A stretch of DNA of 64,000 nt from Deltaproteobacteria bacterium RIFCSPHIGHO2_02_FULL_44_16 (GTDB lineage: Bacteria > UBA10199 > 2-02-FULL-44-16), in the NCBI GenBank assembly GCA_001798185.1, contig MGRM01000005.1, positions 19,925-83,924 of the forward strand, given 5' to 3'. Of the stretch, positions 37,126 through 46,334 are shown piece by piece (the first letter of the stretch is position 1; each line of letters opens with the position of its first letter). The notes beneath the pieces are model-generated. The model saw only the letters and a list, made by a program, of their open reading frames with translations. It did not search any database and was not told the origin of the DNA. A program made the translations under genes and the position numbers.

Positions 37126-38162
37126 TGACAATCAAAGTAGGTATCAATGGTCTGGGCCGGATCGGGCGTGCCATTGTACGCATTCTTCTTGAGCGCGCTG
37201 ATATTGAGATCGTGGCTGTCAATGATATCAATCCCGATATCGAAAATATGGCATATCTTCTGAAATATGATTCCACCTATGGGAAACTCCCGTTTTCTGT
37301 AACAACTGGCGAACATGAAATCATTATCGGAAATGAAAAGCGGATGCATATTTTTCATCATCATCTGATTACAGATGTTCCATGGGAGAAGTATGGAGTA
37401 GAAGTAGTCGTCGATTCCTCCGGGGTACGAAAAAATCTTTTGGAAGCGCGAAACCTCAAAGGGAGAGTCAAACGGTGTATTGTGACTCATTCACCTCCAT
37501 CTACCGACGTTGATCGAACGATTATTCTTGGAGCAAATGAGCAGGAATGGGATCCCAAAAAGGATTTTCTTCTCTCTAGTAGCATTTGTGATGCAAATGC
37601 TTTTGCTCCCGTTGCAAAAGTTCTAGATAATAGCTTCGGAATTACACACGGTTTTTTAACGACACTTCATCCGTGGCTCAACTATCAGAATCTTTTGGAT
37701 GGACCTTCGATTTCTTATGCAACGCCAGGAGAAATTCATGATTATTATGCCTTAGGGAGAGCAAGCACTGGTTCTCTTATTCCGAAAACAACTTCTGCTA
37801 TTAAGGCTTCGGAAGCAGTATTGAAAAGTCTTCGAGATAAATTTTTATCTATGTCGTATCGTGTGCCGACGATGATTGTTTCATCCGCTGATCTTTCCGT
37901 GCAGCTTGAAAAACAGACCACACTTGAAGAAGTCAAGCAGGCTTTTGAAGAGATGGCTCAAAACCAAAAGTGGAATATCATTTATAATAACAAAGAAGCC
38001 CTCGTTTCTACGGATTTTACGGGTTGCGCCTCTTCAGCGGTAGTCGACCATCGCTGGATGAGACTGAATGAACATAATTATTTAAAAATGGTCCTCTGGT
38101 ACGACAATGAGTGGGGTTACTCTTCCCGTGTTGTCGATCTCATTGCTTATATTTCACAATGA
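37125..38162 (+). CDS. Glyceraldehyde-3-phosphate dehydrogenase family (GAPDH/E4PDH-like) NAD-dependent dehydrogenase.
   Basis: The N-terminal IKVGINGLGRIGR motif is present. The catalytic Cys lies in SSSICDANAFAP and the conserved His in TTLHPW. Confidence 0.7.
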   Translation: MTIKVGINGLGRIGRAIVRILLERADIEIVAVNDINPDIENMAYLLKYDSTYGKLPFSVTTGEHEIIIGNEKRMHIFHHHLITDVPWEKYGVEVVVDSSGVRKNLLEARNLKGRVKRCIVTHSPPSTDVDRTIILGANEQEWDPKKDFLLSSSICDANAFAPVAKVLDNSFGITHGFLTTLHPWLNYQNLLDGPSISYATPGEIHDYYALGRASTGSLIPKTTSAIKASEAVLKSLRDKFLSMSYRVPTMIVSSADLSVQLEKQTTLEEVKQAFEEMAQNQKWNIIYNNKEALVSTDFTGCASSAVVDHRWMRLNEHNYLKMVLWYDNEWGYSSRVVDLIAYISQ

Positions 38163-38926
38163 TTATTCCAAAATGTATTGCTTTTGATTTTGATGGTGTC
38201 CTCTGCGATTCTTTAGATGAGACCATGGTTGTTTCCTATTATGCTTATGGTACGTTACATGAATTAAATCGGATACATCCTTATAGCTGTGATCATGTTC
38301 CTCAGGAACTCGCAAAAATATTTTTCCATTTCCGACCACTGGTACGAGTTGCAGAGGAATATTATCTTCTGTGGGCGCTCATCCTTGAACGCGCAGATCT
38401 CAAAGAGACAGAGCCGCTTTGTGAACAAGCTCAGCACATTCCGTTTCCAAAGCAACAATTTCGCGAGCTTTTTTTTCAAGAGAGGAAAAATTGGAGAGCC
38501 AACAATGAAGCATCATGGAAGAGGCATCTCTCACTTTATCCGGAAATGAAACTTACCTTAAAAATTTTAAAAGATCGTGAGACTCCTACTTTTATTGTTT
38601 CATCTAAAGATGAAGCCGCGATACGTCAAATTCTTTCCTTGCATGATGTTTCATGGCGAGCTGAAGATATTTTTGGTGCCGAAAAAAACCTTGATAAGGA
38701 TCGACTTTTTCAGTTGTTATTGAAAGTCAAACAGCTTTCTTCTTCTGAACTTTTTTTTCTTGATGATAATTTAGTGAATCTTCGCTTGGCAAAGCGTATT
38801 GGCATACAGGGAGCAATGGCAGCGTGGGGTTATAATTTTAAACACGAACAGAAAATAGCCCTCGATGAGGGATTTGAAATTTTTCAACTTAAAGACATCC
38901 ACACACGTATTCATTATGTTTCATGA
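38159..38926 (+). CDS. HAD superfamily hydrolase.
   Basis: IAFDFDGVLCDS is HAD motif I (DxDG). It overlaps the upstream gene in an ATGA junction. Confidence 0.65.
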   Translation: MIIPKCIAFDFDGVLCDSLDETMVVSYYAYGTLHELNRIHPYSCDHVPQELAKIFFHFRPLVRVAEEYYLLWALILERADLKETEPLCEQAQHIPFPKQQFRELFFQERKNWRANNEASWKRHLSLYPEMKLTLKILKDRETPTFIVSSKDEAAIRQILSLHDVSWRAEDIFGAEKNLDKDRLFQLLLKVKQLSSSELFFLDDNLVNLRLAKRIGIQGAMAAWGYNFKHEQKIALDEGFEIFQLKDIHTRIHYVS

Positions 38927-39638
38927 ATTGTCATTAAAACAGTATAGTCTTCTCAATTCTCATTACCGTATGATAGAGATAAATAATGTATTGTATCTTG
39001 AAAAAAAGATTACTCTTCATCCCTCATGGGGAAGACCTCATGTTGAAGCGCTTTTTGAGCTCACGCTCACCTATATTGAACAATTGCAGAAAGCGAATAT
39101 TTATTTTCCTGCTGTCAAAACTGCAACTAGAGGAGAAAATTATTTTCTCTTTTTGTGTGAATATAAAGGAATCAATGGGGTTCAGTATATAGAGGAGTAT
39201 GGGTTTCCCATGTTTCTTGCTCCAGGTGGCTTTTTGAATCAAATGTTTGAAATCATTCGTCAAGCGCAACATCAAAAAATTTCTCTCGATCCCCATATCA
39301 AAAATTTTGTCTTTGATGGAGAAAAAGTTTGGTATGTTGATTTTTCCCCGCCGTGGGGAAAGGAATATTATCAGTTACGTTTTTCAGTTGCTTCAGGTGA
39401 AGAAAAAAAAATTCTTCGTTCCTTTTTTTCCTGTTTTGAACCAAAACAACTAGGGTATCATGCAGCAAGTGATCTTCTCAAAACTGACTCTTCATCTCTT
39501 GCGATGATGCCGAAAATCTATGATGCATTGCATAAGCGAGGTATGGTCACGAGTTTGTATGAATATTTTCTGGAAGAGGGAAGCAGAATTCGTGAGGCTG
39601 AAGCAACTCGCGAGATGAAGGACCTTTTCCTTTTATAA
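38916..39638 (+). CDS. Putative kinase with a protein-kinase-like fold (APH/choline-kinase family).
   Basis: DPHIKNFVFDGEKVWYVDF resembles an HxDxxxxN catalytic loop followed by a DFG-like IDF motif. Confidence 0.4.
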   Translation: MFHELSLKQYSLLNSHYRMIEINNVLYLEKKITLHPSWGRPHVEALFELTLTYIEQLQKANIYFPAVKTATRGENYFLFLCEYKGINGVQYIEEYGFPMFLAPGGFLNQMFEIIRQAQHQKISLDPHIKNFVFDGEKVWYVDFSPPWGKEYYQLRFSVASGEEKKILRSFFSCFEPKQLGYHAASDLLKTDSSSLAMMPKIYDALHKRGMVTSLYEYFLEEGSRIREAEATREMKDLFLL

Positions 39639-39666
39639 TAAGTTTTACCTTGATAGGAGATTTTTT

Positions 39667-40563
39667 ATGAAGAGACGGCTGCAATTATTACTGTATTCAA
39701 TGCGTTCGCAACTTGCACATTTTCCAGGTATGTTTGCTTTACTGAAGATTTTCATGCTGTTTTTACCCAAAAATTTGAAAGCGAATTATTATGGCGTAAC
39801 CATGTATATCGATTCTCGAGATCTTCGCTCAATGAAGGAAGCTTTTTTAAAATCTCCTTATGAAAACAAAATGCATGAAACTTTTAACAATGTTCTTAAA
39901 GCAGGTATGTCAGTTGTTGATATAGGTGCACATATTGGATTGTTTTCGCTTATTGCAGGTCAAAAAGTTGGAGCAGAAGGGCATGTGTATGCTTTTGAAC
40001 CCATGCCCAGATGTTATGAATTACTGCAAAAGAACATTCAACTTTATAATCTCAATAACGTGGAAGCAATTCAATCCATTGTGACGAATAAACAAGGGAA
40101 AACGGAATTGTGGATGGATAAATATTATTCGATTCTGGGTTCGCTTCATAAAGACAATCTTATGAATAAGGGAGAAAAAGTTGAAGTGGATGCTATAACC
40201 CTTGATCATTTTTTTCTCGGCACAGATAGTCATGAGCGTCGTATAGATATTATTAAAATGAATATTCAGGGTGCTGAAGGGTTAGTGATTGATGGGGCAA
40301 AGCAATTACTTCGCTCAAAAGGACCAACCATATTTATGGAGTTTTGGCCTTTTGGCTTAAAAAAAATGGGGAGTGATCCAGAGCAACTCTTCGATACGTT
40401 AACGGGCTATGGGTATCAGGTTTATAGGATCCATATGGATGATGCCAGTTTAAAACCGATGAAGAAAAGTGACATTTTCCCCCTCTCTGATTTTTATATG
40501 AAAAAATCAGTAGCAATGTATTTGCTGTGGCAAATGCCCAGAACAAATGAGTTGTCTCTATGA
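39667..40563 (+). CDS. FkbM family methyltransferase.
   Basis: VVDIGAHIGLFSLIAG...VYAFEPMPRCYELLQKN is the FkbM (Methyltransf_21) signature. Confidence 0.7.
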   Translation: MKRRLQLLLYSMRSQLAHFPGMFALLKIFMLFLPKNLKANYYGVTMYIDSRDLRSMKEAFLKSPYENKMHETFNNVLKAGMSVVDIGAHIGLFSLIAGQKVGAEGHVYAFEPMPRCYELLQKNIQLYNLNNVEAIQSIVTNKQGKTELWMDKYYSILGSLHKDNLMNKGEKVEVDAITLDHFFLGTDSHERRIDIIKMNIQGAEGLVIDGAKQLLRSKGPTIFMEFWPFGLKKMGSDPEQLFDTLTGYGYQVYRIHMDDASLKPMKKSDIFPLSDFYMKKSVAMYLLWQMPRTNELSL

Positions 40564-41441
40564 AAACTCTCTTTCGTTTTTTAAAACGTGCTGGTTTGGG
40601 TCGGGTTCCTGGTTTGCTGCAGCTCTATAATTTTCTCTATAGTATTTTTATTCGATTCTCTCGCATCGACCCTATTGTTCATCTTGACGGACAAAAAATT
40701 CTGGTAAGCAAAGAGGATTTGTCTACTTCAAGAAGATTATTGGTATATGGTGAACATGTTCAAGAAACAGCAGAATTTCTCAAAAATATTGTGAAAGAGG
40801 GAATGATCGTAGCTGATATCGGGGCGAACATTGGTTATTATACATTACTTTCAGCAAAGCGCGTTGGGACGAAGGGGCGTGTTTATGCTTTTGAGCCGGA
40901 TCCCCGTTGTGTTGAGATTTTACAAAAAAATATTTTGCTCAACGCTTATTCAAACATTTCTATTGTGCAGAATGCTGTTTCTCATACAACTGGAAAGACA
41001 ATTCCAGTCTATCTCGATAAACATCATTTTTCTCTCACATCTTTAGCAAAAGAGAATGTAACTACCACTGAAGAAAAAATCGAAATTACCACTATCTCTT
41101 TGGACGATTTTTTTGAGAAACAAATTGGCAATAGTCGTTTGGATTTTGTAAAGATGAATATTCAAGGGGCTGAAGGTTATGTCATTGAAGGTGCGAAAAA
41201 ATTGTTTCAAAAGAATAACCTCACCTTGATTACGGAATTTTGGCCGGAGGGTCTGGAAAAGTGCGGGACGGATCCACAAAAACTTTTGTTGATGTTGAAA
41301 GAGTTAGGTTATACGTGGAGACCTGTTGGTCATAATGAGGAAAAGAAGAAATCATATTCCATTGGTGAGATTATTTCTCTGGGAAACAAGTTTATTCACC
41401 AAAAAAAGAAATCTCTCCATCTTGTTGTTTCAAGAGTTTAA
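40560..41441 (+). CDS. FkbM family methyltransferase, tandem paralog.
   Basis: VADIGANIGYYTLLSAK...VYAFEPDPRCVEILQKN is collinear with the upstream paralog. It overlaps the upstream gene in an ATGA junction. Confidence 0.7.
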   Translation: MKTLFRFLKRAGLGRVPGLLQLYNFLYSIFIRFSRIDPIVHLDGQKILVSKEDLSTSRRLLVYGEHVQETAEFLKNIVKEGMIVADIGANIGYYTLLSAKRVGTKGRVYAFEPDPRCVEILQKNILLNAYSNISIVQNAVSHTTGKTIPVYLDKHHFSLTSLAKENVTTTEEKIEITTISLDDFFEKQIGNSRLDFVKMNIQGAEGYVIEGAKKLFQKNNLTLITEFWPEGLEKCGTDPQKLLLMLKELGYTWRPVGHNEEKKKSYSIGEIISLGNKFIHQKKKSLHLVVSRV

Positions 41442-41444
41442 TTT

Positions 41445-42173
41445 ATGAAAACATTGATTCTGGCTGCAGGTCTTGGCTCACGGCTTCAGCATAAAACACA
41501 ACATTCACCTAAAGCTTTAGTTCGCATCCATGACAAGCCAATTTTGGCCTATCAGTTAGATGCCTTGTCAGCGTGTGGCATGAAGGATATCGGTATTGTT
41601 CTTGGATATCAGGGAGAAATGATCAAAGAGTATATCGAGCAAAATTATTCTTTTCTTCATACGACTTTTTTTTGGAATCATGACTATGCTTCTTCCAATA
41701 GTTCCTATTCCTTTTGGATGGCAAAAGATTGGATTGCGGATGAAAGTTATATTCACTTGAATTGCGATATTCTTTTTTCACCCACATTGTTACAGAAACT
41801 TCTGAAGCACAGGCATGAAAACGTCATTGCGATAAAACGAGATGTGTCGCTGGGTGGACGCCTTGAACATGTCGTGGTGAAGGGTGAGCAGATCCAAAAA
41901 ATGTCGATCGAATATGATCCGCAAGCGACAGGAAAAGCCTTTGGCCTGGCGAAGCTTGGAACTTTGAGTCACGTTATTTTACAGAAGCTAATTGCAACGT
42001 ATCTTGCTCAAGGGGATAAAAATCAAAATTACTTTGGGATGATCCGTCATGCCATTCATCAAAAAATTCCTTATTATGTACTCGATGCCACGCATGAAGA
42101 ACTTTTTGAAGTGAACACCTTAGAAGATTACAAAAAAGTAGAAGAGTATGTAGCGCACAAAAAACTATGTTGA
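41445..42173 (+). CDS. Nucleotidyltransferase (LicC/IspD-like NTP-transferase for a phospho-alcohol or sugar phosphate).
   Basis: MKTLILAAGLGSRL...PKALV is a nucleotidyltransferase G-rich loop. The protein is 242 aa. Confidence 0.65.
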   Translation: MKTLILAAGLGSRLQHKTQHSPKALVRIHDKPILAYQLDALSACGMKDIGIVLGYQGEMIKEYIEQNYSFLHTTFFWNHDYASSNSSYSFWMAKDWIADESYIHLNCDILFSPTLLQKLLKHRHENVIAIKRDVSLGGRLEHVVVKGEQIQKMSIEYDPQATGKAFGLAKLGTLSHVILQKLIATYLAQGDKNQNYFGMIRHAIHQKIPYYVLDATHEELFEVNTLEDYKKVEEYVAHKKLC

Positions 42174-42928
42174 AATCATTTCTTCTTGCCCTTTTTCCCT
42201 TTCGATTTGCACTTCTTCTCTTTTTTTTCGGTCTTCTCTTTTTATTTGTCCGAAAAGAGCGTTTGGCAAAGAGAGTGCTTGTGGTGAGTTTTTGTATTCT
42301 TTTTTTGGGGAGTCTTTCTGGTTTTTCTGGGCGGCTTCTTTTCAATCTTGAATCGCGGTATCCTTCATTTGATGTTTTGATCCAAAAGGAAAATCTGGAA
42401 AATATAATGTACATTGTTGTCTTAGGAGATGGACATGTTGAAGAAGTTTCCTGGCCATTGACGAGTCAACTCAGCGATGAAATGCTGAAACGAACAGTTG
42501 AAGGGATGCGACTGCATCTGCAGTTGCCGCATACCAAAATTGTGGTTTCAGGTGGTAAGCTTACGAAAAAAAGTGAGGCTGAGGTGATGCAAGAGTTGCT
42601 CGTTTCACTCGGGATTTCAGCAGACGACATTATCACCGAAAGAAAATCTGCAAATACCTACGAACAAGCACTTTTTTTGAAGCCGATCTTACGGCAGCAG
42701 CGGTTTATTCTGGTGACTTCCGCCAGACATATGCCTCGTGCCATGAAACTTTTTCAAGAACATGACCTCCAGCCTCTGGCAGCGCCAACTGCACATTATG
42801 TTTTGAGTACCAAAAGTTTTATTCCCAGCTTAAGACATTTTCAAAAACTTGAAATTGCCCTCTATGAATATTTAGGATTGATAAAAAATGCTTTTTTGCA
42901 AAGAACCGAACATGAATCTTCCAACTGA
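42167..42928 (+). CDS. DUF218 (YdcF/ElyC) family protein.
   Basis: An N-terminal transmembrane helix is followed by a VVLGDGH...SGG...LVTSARHMPRA core. Confidence 0.55.
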   Translation: MLKSFLLALFPFRFALLLFFFGLLFLFVRKERLAKRVLVVSFCILFLGSLSGFSGRLLFNLESRYPSFDVLIQKENLENIMYIVVLGDGHVEEVSWPLTSQLSDEMLKRTVEGMRLHLQLPHTKIVVSGGKLTKKSEAEVMQELLVSLGISADDIITERKSANTYEQALFLKPILRQQRFILVTSARHMPRAMKLFQEHDLQPLAAPTAHYVLSTKSFIPSLRHFQKLEIALYEYLGLIKNAFLQRTEHESSN

Positions 42929-43973
42929 AAAAATAAGCGTTGTTATTCCTTGTTACAATGAAGAAAGATACATTGGAAAGTGTCTTGATTCGATTCTTGC
43001 GAATGATTATCCACATCACTCTCTTGAAATTATCGTTGTGGATGGCCGGAGTGATGATAGAACAAGAGATATTGTTCATCTCTATCAAGAAAAATATTCT
43101 TTTCTTCGTTTATTAGAGAACCCGGAACGTTTTACCACCGCGGCGCTGAATAAAGGTATTCAAGCTGCATCGGGCGAGATCATTTTAAGAATAGATGCCC
43201 ATTCTGTCTATCCCACCGAGTACATTTCAAAATGTGTGAAATATTTGCGACAGTATGATGCAAGTAATGTAGGAGGTGTTTGGCGTATTCGTCCTGGAGA
43301 AGAAACTTTTATCGCGAAAGCCATTGCTCTTGCTCTGGCGCATCCCTTTGGTATTGGGCTTGCTCGATATCGAACCGTCAAAGTGTCGCATTCTCCGCAA
43401 GAGGTGGATACCGTTCCCTATGGCTGTTTTCCGAAAAAGATTTTTGAACACATCGGTTATTTTAGAGAAGATCTGCCTCGTTGGAAAGGGAGGTGCAATG
43501 AAGACATTGATTTTAATAAACGGATTCGAGAGAGTGGAGGAAAAATTTTTCTCATTCCGGAAATTATTGTCTATTACTATGCACGTGGGACTTTAAAGTC
43601 TTTTTTACAACATAATTTTAATAATGGAGTTCTTGTCACCATGCCACTCGGAAATAACGATATGGATTTTTCGTATCGACATCTGGTTCCGGGGTTTTTT
43701 GTTCTGAGCTTTATGACATTGATACCTCTCTCTTTTATAAGTCCTTTTTTTCGTACTCTTTTTTTCTTTCCTATGGCACTTTATCTCAGCCTCAGTCTTT
43801 ATTTTTCCTTTAAAAGAATGTTCGTCTACAAAAATCCTCTTTATTTCTTTTTCATGCCCGTTGTCTTTTTTGTTCTTCATCTCAGTTATGGCTTGGGCTC
43901 TCTCTACGGTCTTTTAAAAGCATTTCGCATGAAATGGCAAAATGCGGTGAAGTTGGAGAAACCTCTTTCATGA
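42912..43973 (+). CDS. GT2 family glycosyltransferase with a C-terminal membrane domain.
   Basis: ISVVIPCYNEERYI...IIVVDGRSDD is the GT2 signature. C-terminal hydrophobic helices are present. Confidence 0.75.
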   Translation: MNLPTEKISVVIPCYNEERYIGKCLDSILANDYPHHSLEIIVVDGRSDDRTRDIVHLYQEKYSFLRLLENPERFTTAALNKGIQAASGEIILRIDAHSVYPTEYISKCVKYLRQYDASNVGGVWRIRPGEETFIAKAIALALAHPFGIGLARYRTVKVSHSPQEVDTVPYGCFPKKIFEHIGYFREDLPRWKGRCNEDIDFNKRIRESGGKIFLIPEIIVYYYARGTLKSFLQHNFNNGVLVTMPLGNNDMDFSYRHLVPGFFVLSFMTLIPLSFISPFFRTLFFFPMALYLSLSLYFSFKRMFVYKNPLYFFFMPVVFFVLHLSYGLGSLYGLLKAFRMKWQNAVKLEKPLS

Positions 43974-45433
43974 CCATTTCTTCAAAACAGCTTATTCGAA
44001 ATATTACGAGCATTACATGCGCCTATGTAGGACGGAAAGCTCTGACGTTTATCTATTTTACGCTCATTGCACGATATAGCGGTGTTGAAGTGACAGGCGC
44101 TTACTTTTTACTCGTTTCTTTTGCAGCTGTCATCACATCATTTTTGGATTTTGGTTTTTCAAACACTCTTATTCGCGAAGCTTCAAAAGCTCCCGAAAAA
44201 CTCGCCTTCTATTTAAATAATATTCTAACAGCAAAAATTTTTCTCAGTGCTCTCGCCATTGTTGCGGGGACTTTTATTTTGATTTTTTTCGACTATAGTT
44301 TGCGCATAAAAATTTTGGTTGCGATGCTCGTTGCGACCATGATTTTCGAAACATTTGCGGAAACTTTTTTTTCATGTGCGCGTGTGCGTCATCACATGAA
44401 AACAGAAGCTCAAACACTTGTTATTGGACAATTTATTACGCTCATGGTGGGAGGACTCTCTCTTTGGCTTTATCCAAGTCTTTATTTGTTGATCTTGGCG
44501 CTTCTTTTAAATCAGATGTGTCATTTTTTCCGTTCATACTATCTGGTAGTGCATACCCTGTCTCTTCCATTGCAACTTTCATTTGATAAAACCACGTTCA
44601 TCTCTTTAACAAAAATTGCAATTCCGTTTCATATCGCGGTTTTATTTGAACAAATTCTTTATGCGGATGCTTTTATTCTGAAATATTTAACCGAAGATAG
44701 AATAGTTGGTCTTTTTGGAGTTTCCCACGCTCTTATCAACGCCTTTCGTTTTATTCCCATTGTTCTTGGCTTAGCTATTTTCCCGGCATTAAGTTCCTTC
44801 CATGCTTTTTCACCTTCAAAATTTAAAAAACTTTTTCAAGGTTTCTATACAGTTCTTTTAAGTTTAGTGGCGCCATTGGCCATTTTTCTTCTTCTCTTTT
44901 CTTCAGAGGCGATCGATCTTCTCTTTGGAGAAAAATATATTGAGTCAAGTAGAACGCTTCAAATTTTAGCACTTTCACTTCTCCCGCTTTTTTTAAGCTA
45001 TCCTTTTAGTAAATTACTGGATGCTTGTAACAAACAACTTCTGAATGCAACGTTGAAGGGAATATCACTTGTTATTCACCTCACCTTGACTGTTGTTCTT
45101 ATTCCTTCCTTTGGTGCTGTCGGGATCGCTCTTTCCTGTCTTTTGAGTTATACATTTCTTTTCCTTGCCTCCATGCATTATGGATCAAAAATGCTTCCTC
45201 ATGTTTATTCATTTTGTTTCAAGAATATGTTGTATGTCATGTTAGCATCCTGTTTTATGGGGTATTGTCTTTTTATTTTAAAACTGTTTCTGCATCCTTT
45301 TGTTCTCATTCCTTTTGGATTCTTCCTTTATATATCTTCTCTCATTCTTTTAAGAGGAATGACCCGAAGCGGTTTTAATAAAGATGAAGCTTATAGGGAA
45401 TGGTTATTACTTGCGAAACGTGCTTTGCGATAA
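43970..45433 (+). CDS. Wzx-type flippase / polysaccharide biosynthesis protein (MOP superfamily), second copy.
   Basis: The 488-aa protein has about 12 transmembrane helices and an N-terminus typical of Wzx. It overlaps the upstream gene in an ATGA junction. Confidence 0.6.
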   Translation: MTISSKQLIRNITSITCAYVGRKALTFIYFTLIARYSGVEVTGAYFLLVSFAAVITSFLDFGFSNTLIREASKAPEKLAFYLNNILTAKIFLSALAIVAGTFILIFFDYSLRIKILVAMLVATMIFETFAETFFSCARVRHHMKTEAQTLVIGQFITLMVGGLSLWLYPSLYLLILALLLNQMCHFFRSYYLVVHTLSLPLQLSFDKTTFISLTKIAIPFHIAVLFEQILYADAFILKYLTEDRIVGLFGVSHALINAFRFIPIVLGLAIFPALSSFHAFSPSKFKKLFQGFYTVLLSLVAPLAIFLLLFSSEAIDLLFGEKYIESSRTLQILALSLLPLFLSYPFSKLLDACNKQLLNATLKGISLVIHLTLTVVLIPSFGAVGIALSCLLSYTFLFLASMHYGSKMLPHVYSFCFKNMLYVMLASCFMGYCLFILKLFLHPFVLIPFGFFLYISSLILLRGMTRSGFNKDEAYREWLLLAKRALR

Positions 45434-45436
45434 AAT

Positions 45437-46183
45437 ATGAACGATAACATTTCCCAACCTGTTATTTTGATTACCGGAGCAAGCGGCGGCATTGGAGCTG
45501 GTGTTGCTGATTCTTTATTTGAACGTGGATATACACGGATTGCATGTCAGCATCGTTCGTCTTCGGATCATCTTGGACGCATTATCCAAAAATATACTTT
45601 GGATCCCAAACAACATTTATTTCAAGGTGATCTGACAAATGAAGCGTATGTTGAGGAACTCGAAAAAAAAATAAACGAACAGTTTGGTGCCGTCGATGTG
45701 CTCATTAATTTAGCAGGAGGCTCAACAAACGGGCTTTCCTGGAAGCTATCGCTCCAAGAATTTCACGATGTTATGGCGATGAATCTTACGACTACTTTTC
45801 TGACGTGCCGACAATTTATTCCTCGCATGCGAGAAAAAGGATTTGGAAGAATTATAAACACCTCCTCTGTTGTTGCTTTCAAAGGGACAACAGGAGCGGC
45901 GCATTACAGCGCAGCAAAAGCAGCCGTTGTGGGATTTACCAAATCGCTTTCTTTGGAACTCGCGAATAAAAACATCACTGCGAATACGCTTGCTCTGGGA
46001 TATTTTGATGTTGGCATTATCAATCACGTTCCTGTTGAGATGCAGCGGAAGATCCAGCAAGACATTCCCTTGAAAAGATTTGGTACGGTCAAAGAGATTG
46101 GTCGGCTTGTTGAATATCTCTTAAACGATGAGTCTGCATATATTACCGGTCAAATCTTTCATATTAATGGTGGGCTGTATTGA
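45437..46183 (+). CDS. SDR family oxidoreductase (FabG-like 3-oxoacyl reductase type).
   Basis: ITGASGGIG and the YSAAKAAV catalytic YxxxK motif are present. Confidence 0.75.
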   Translation: MNDNISQPVILITGASGGIGAGVADSLFERGYTRIACQHRSSSDHLGRIIQKYTLDPKQHLFQGDLTNEAYVEELEKKINEQFGAVDVLINLAGGSTNGLSWKLSLQEFHDVMAMNLTTTFLTCRQFIPRMREKGFGRIINTSSVVAFKGTTGAAHYSAAKAAVVGFTKSLSLELANKNITANTLALGYFDVGIINHVPVEMQRKIQQDIPLKRFGTVKEIGRLVEYLLNDESAYITGQIFHINGGLY

Positions 46184-46326
46184 AAAGTCCGCAGGAGGCG
46201 ATTGTCGAGCGGCGTCTTCAGACACTGGAAACGAAGCCTCAATATCCAGTAGGCTGAAGCACAGGCAAAAATCCGGCGTGTGAGGATTTTTGCCGTAGTG
46301 AGACAACGCCTCCGAGAGACTTTTCA
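46184..46326. repeat. Structured repeat of about 143 bp with terminal inverted repeats, family 2, copy A.
   Basis: About 90% identical to the reverse complement of 52546-52688. The ends aaaagtc..ggaggcg / cgcctcc..gactttt are inverted repeats. An internal hairpin is ggcaaaaatcc-N9-ggatttttgcc. Confidence 0.75.
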
Positions 46327-46334
46327 ATTTATAG

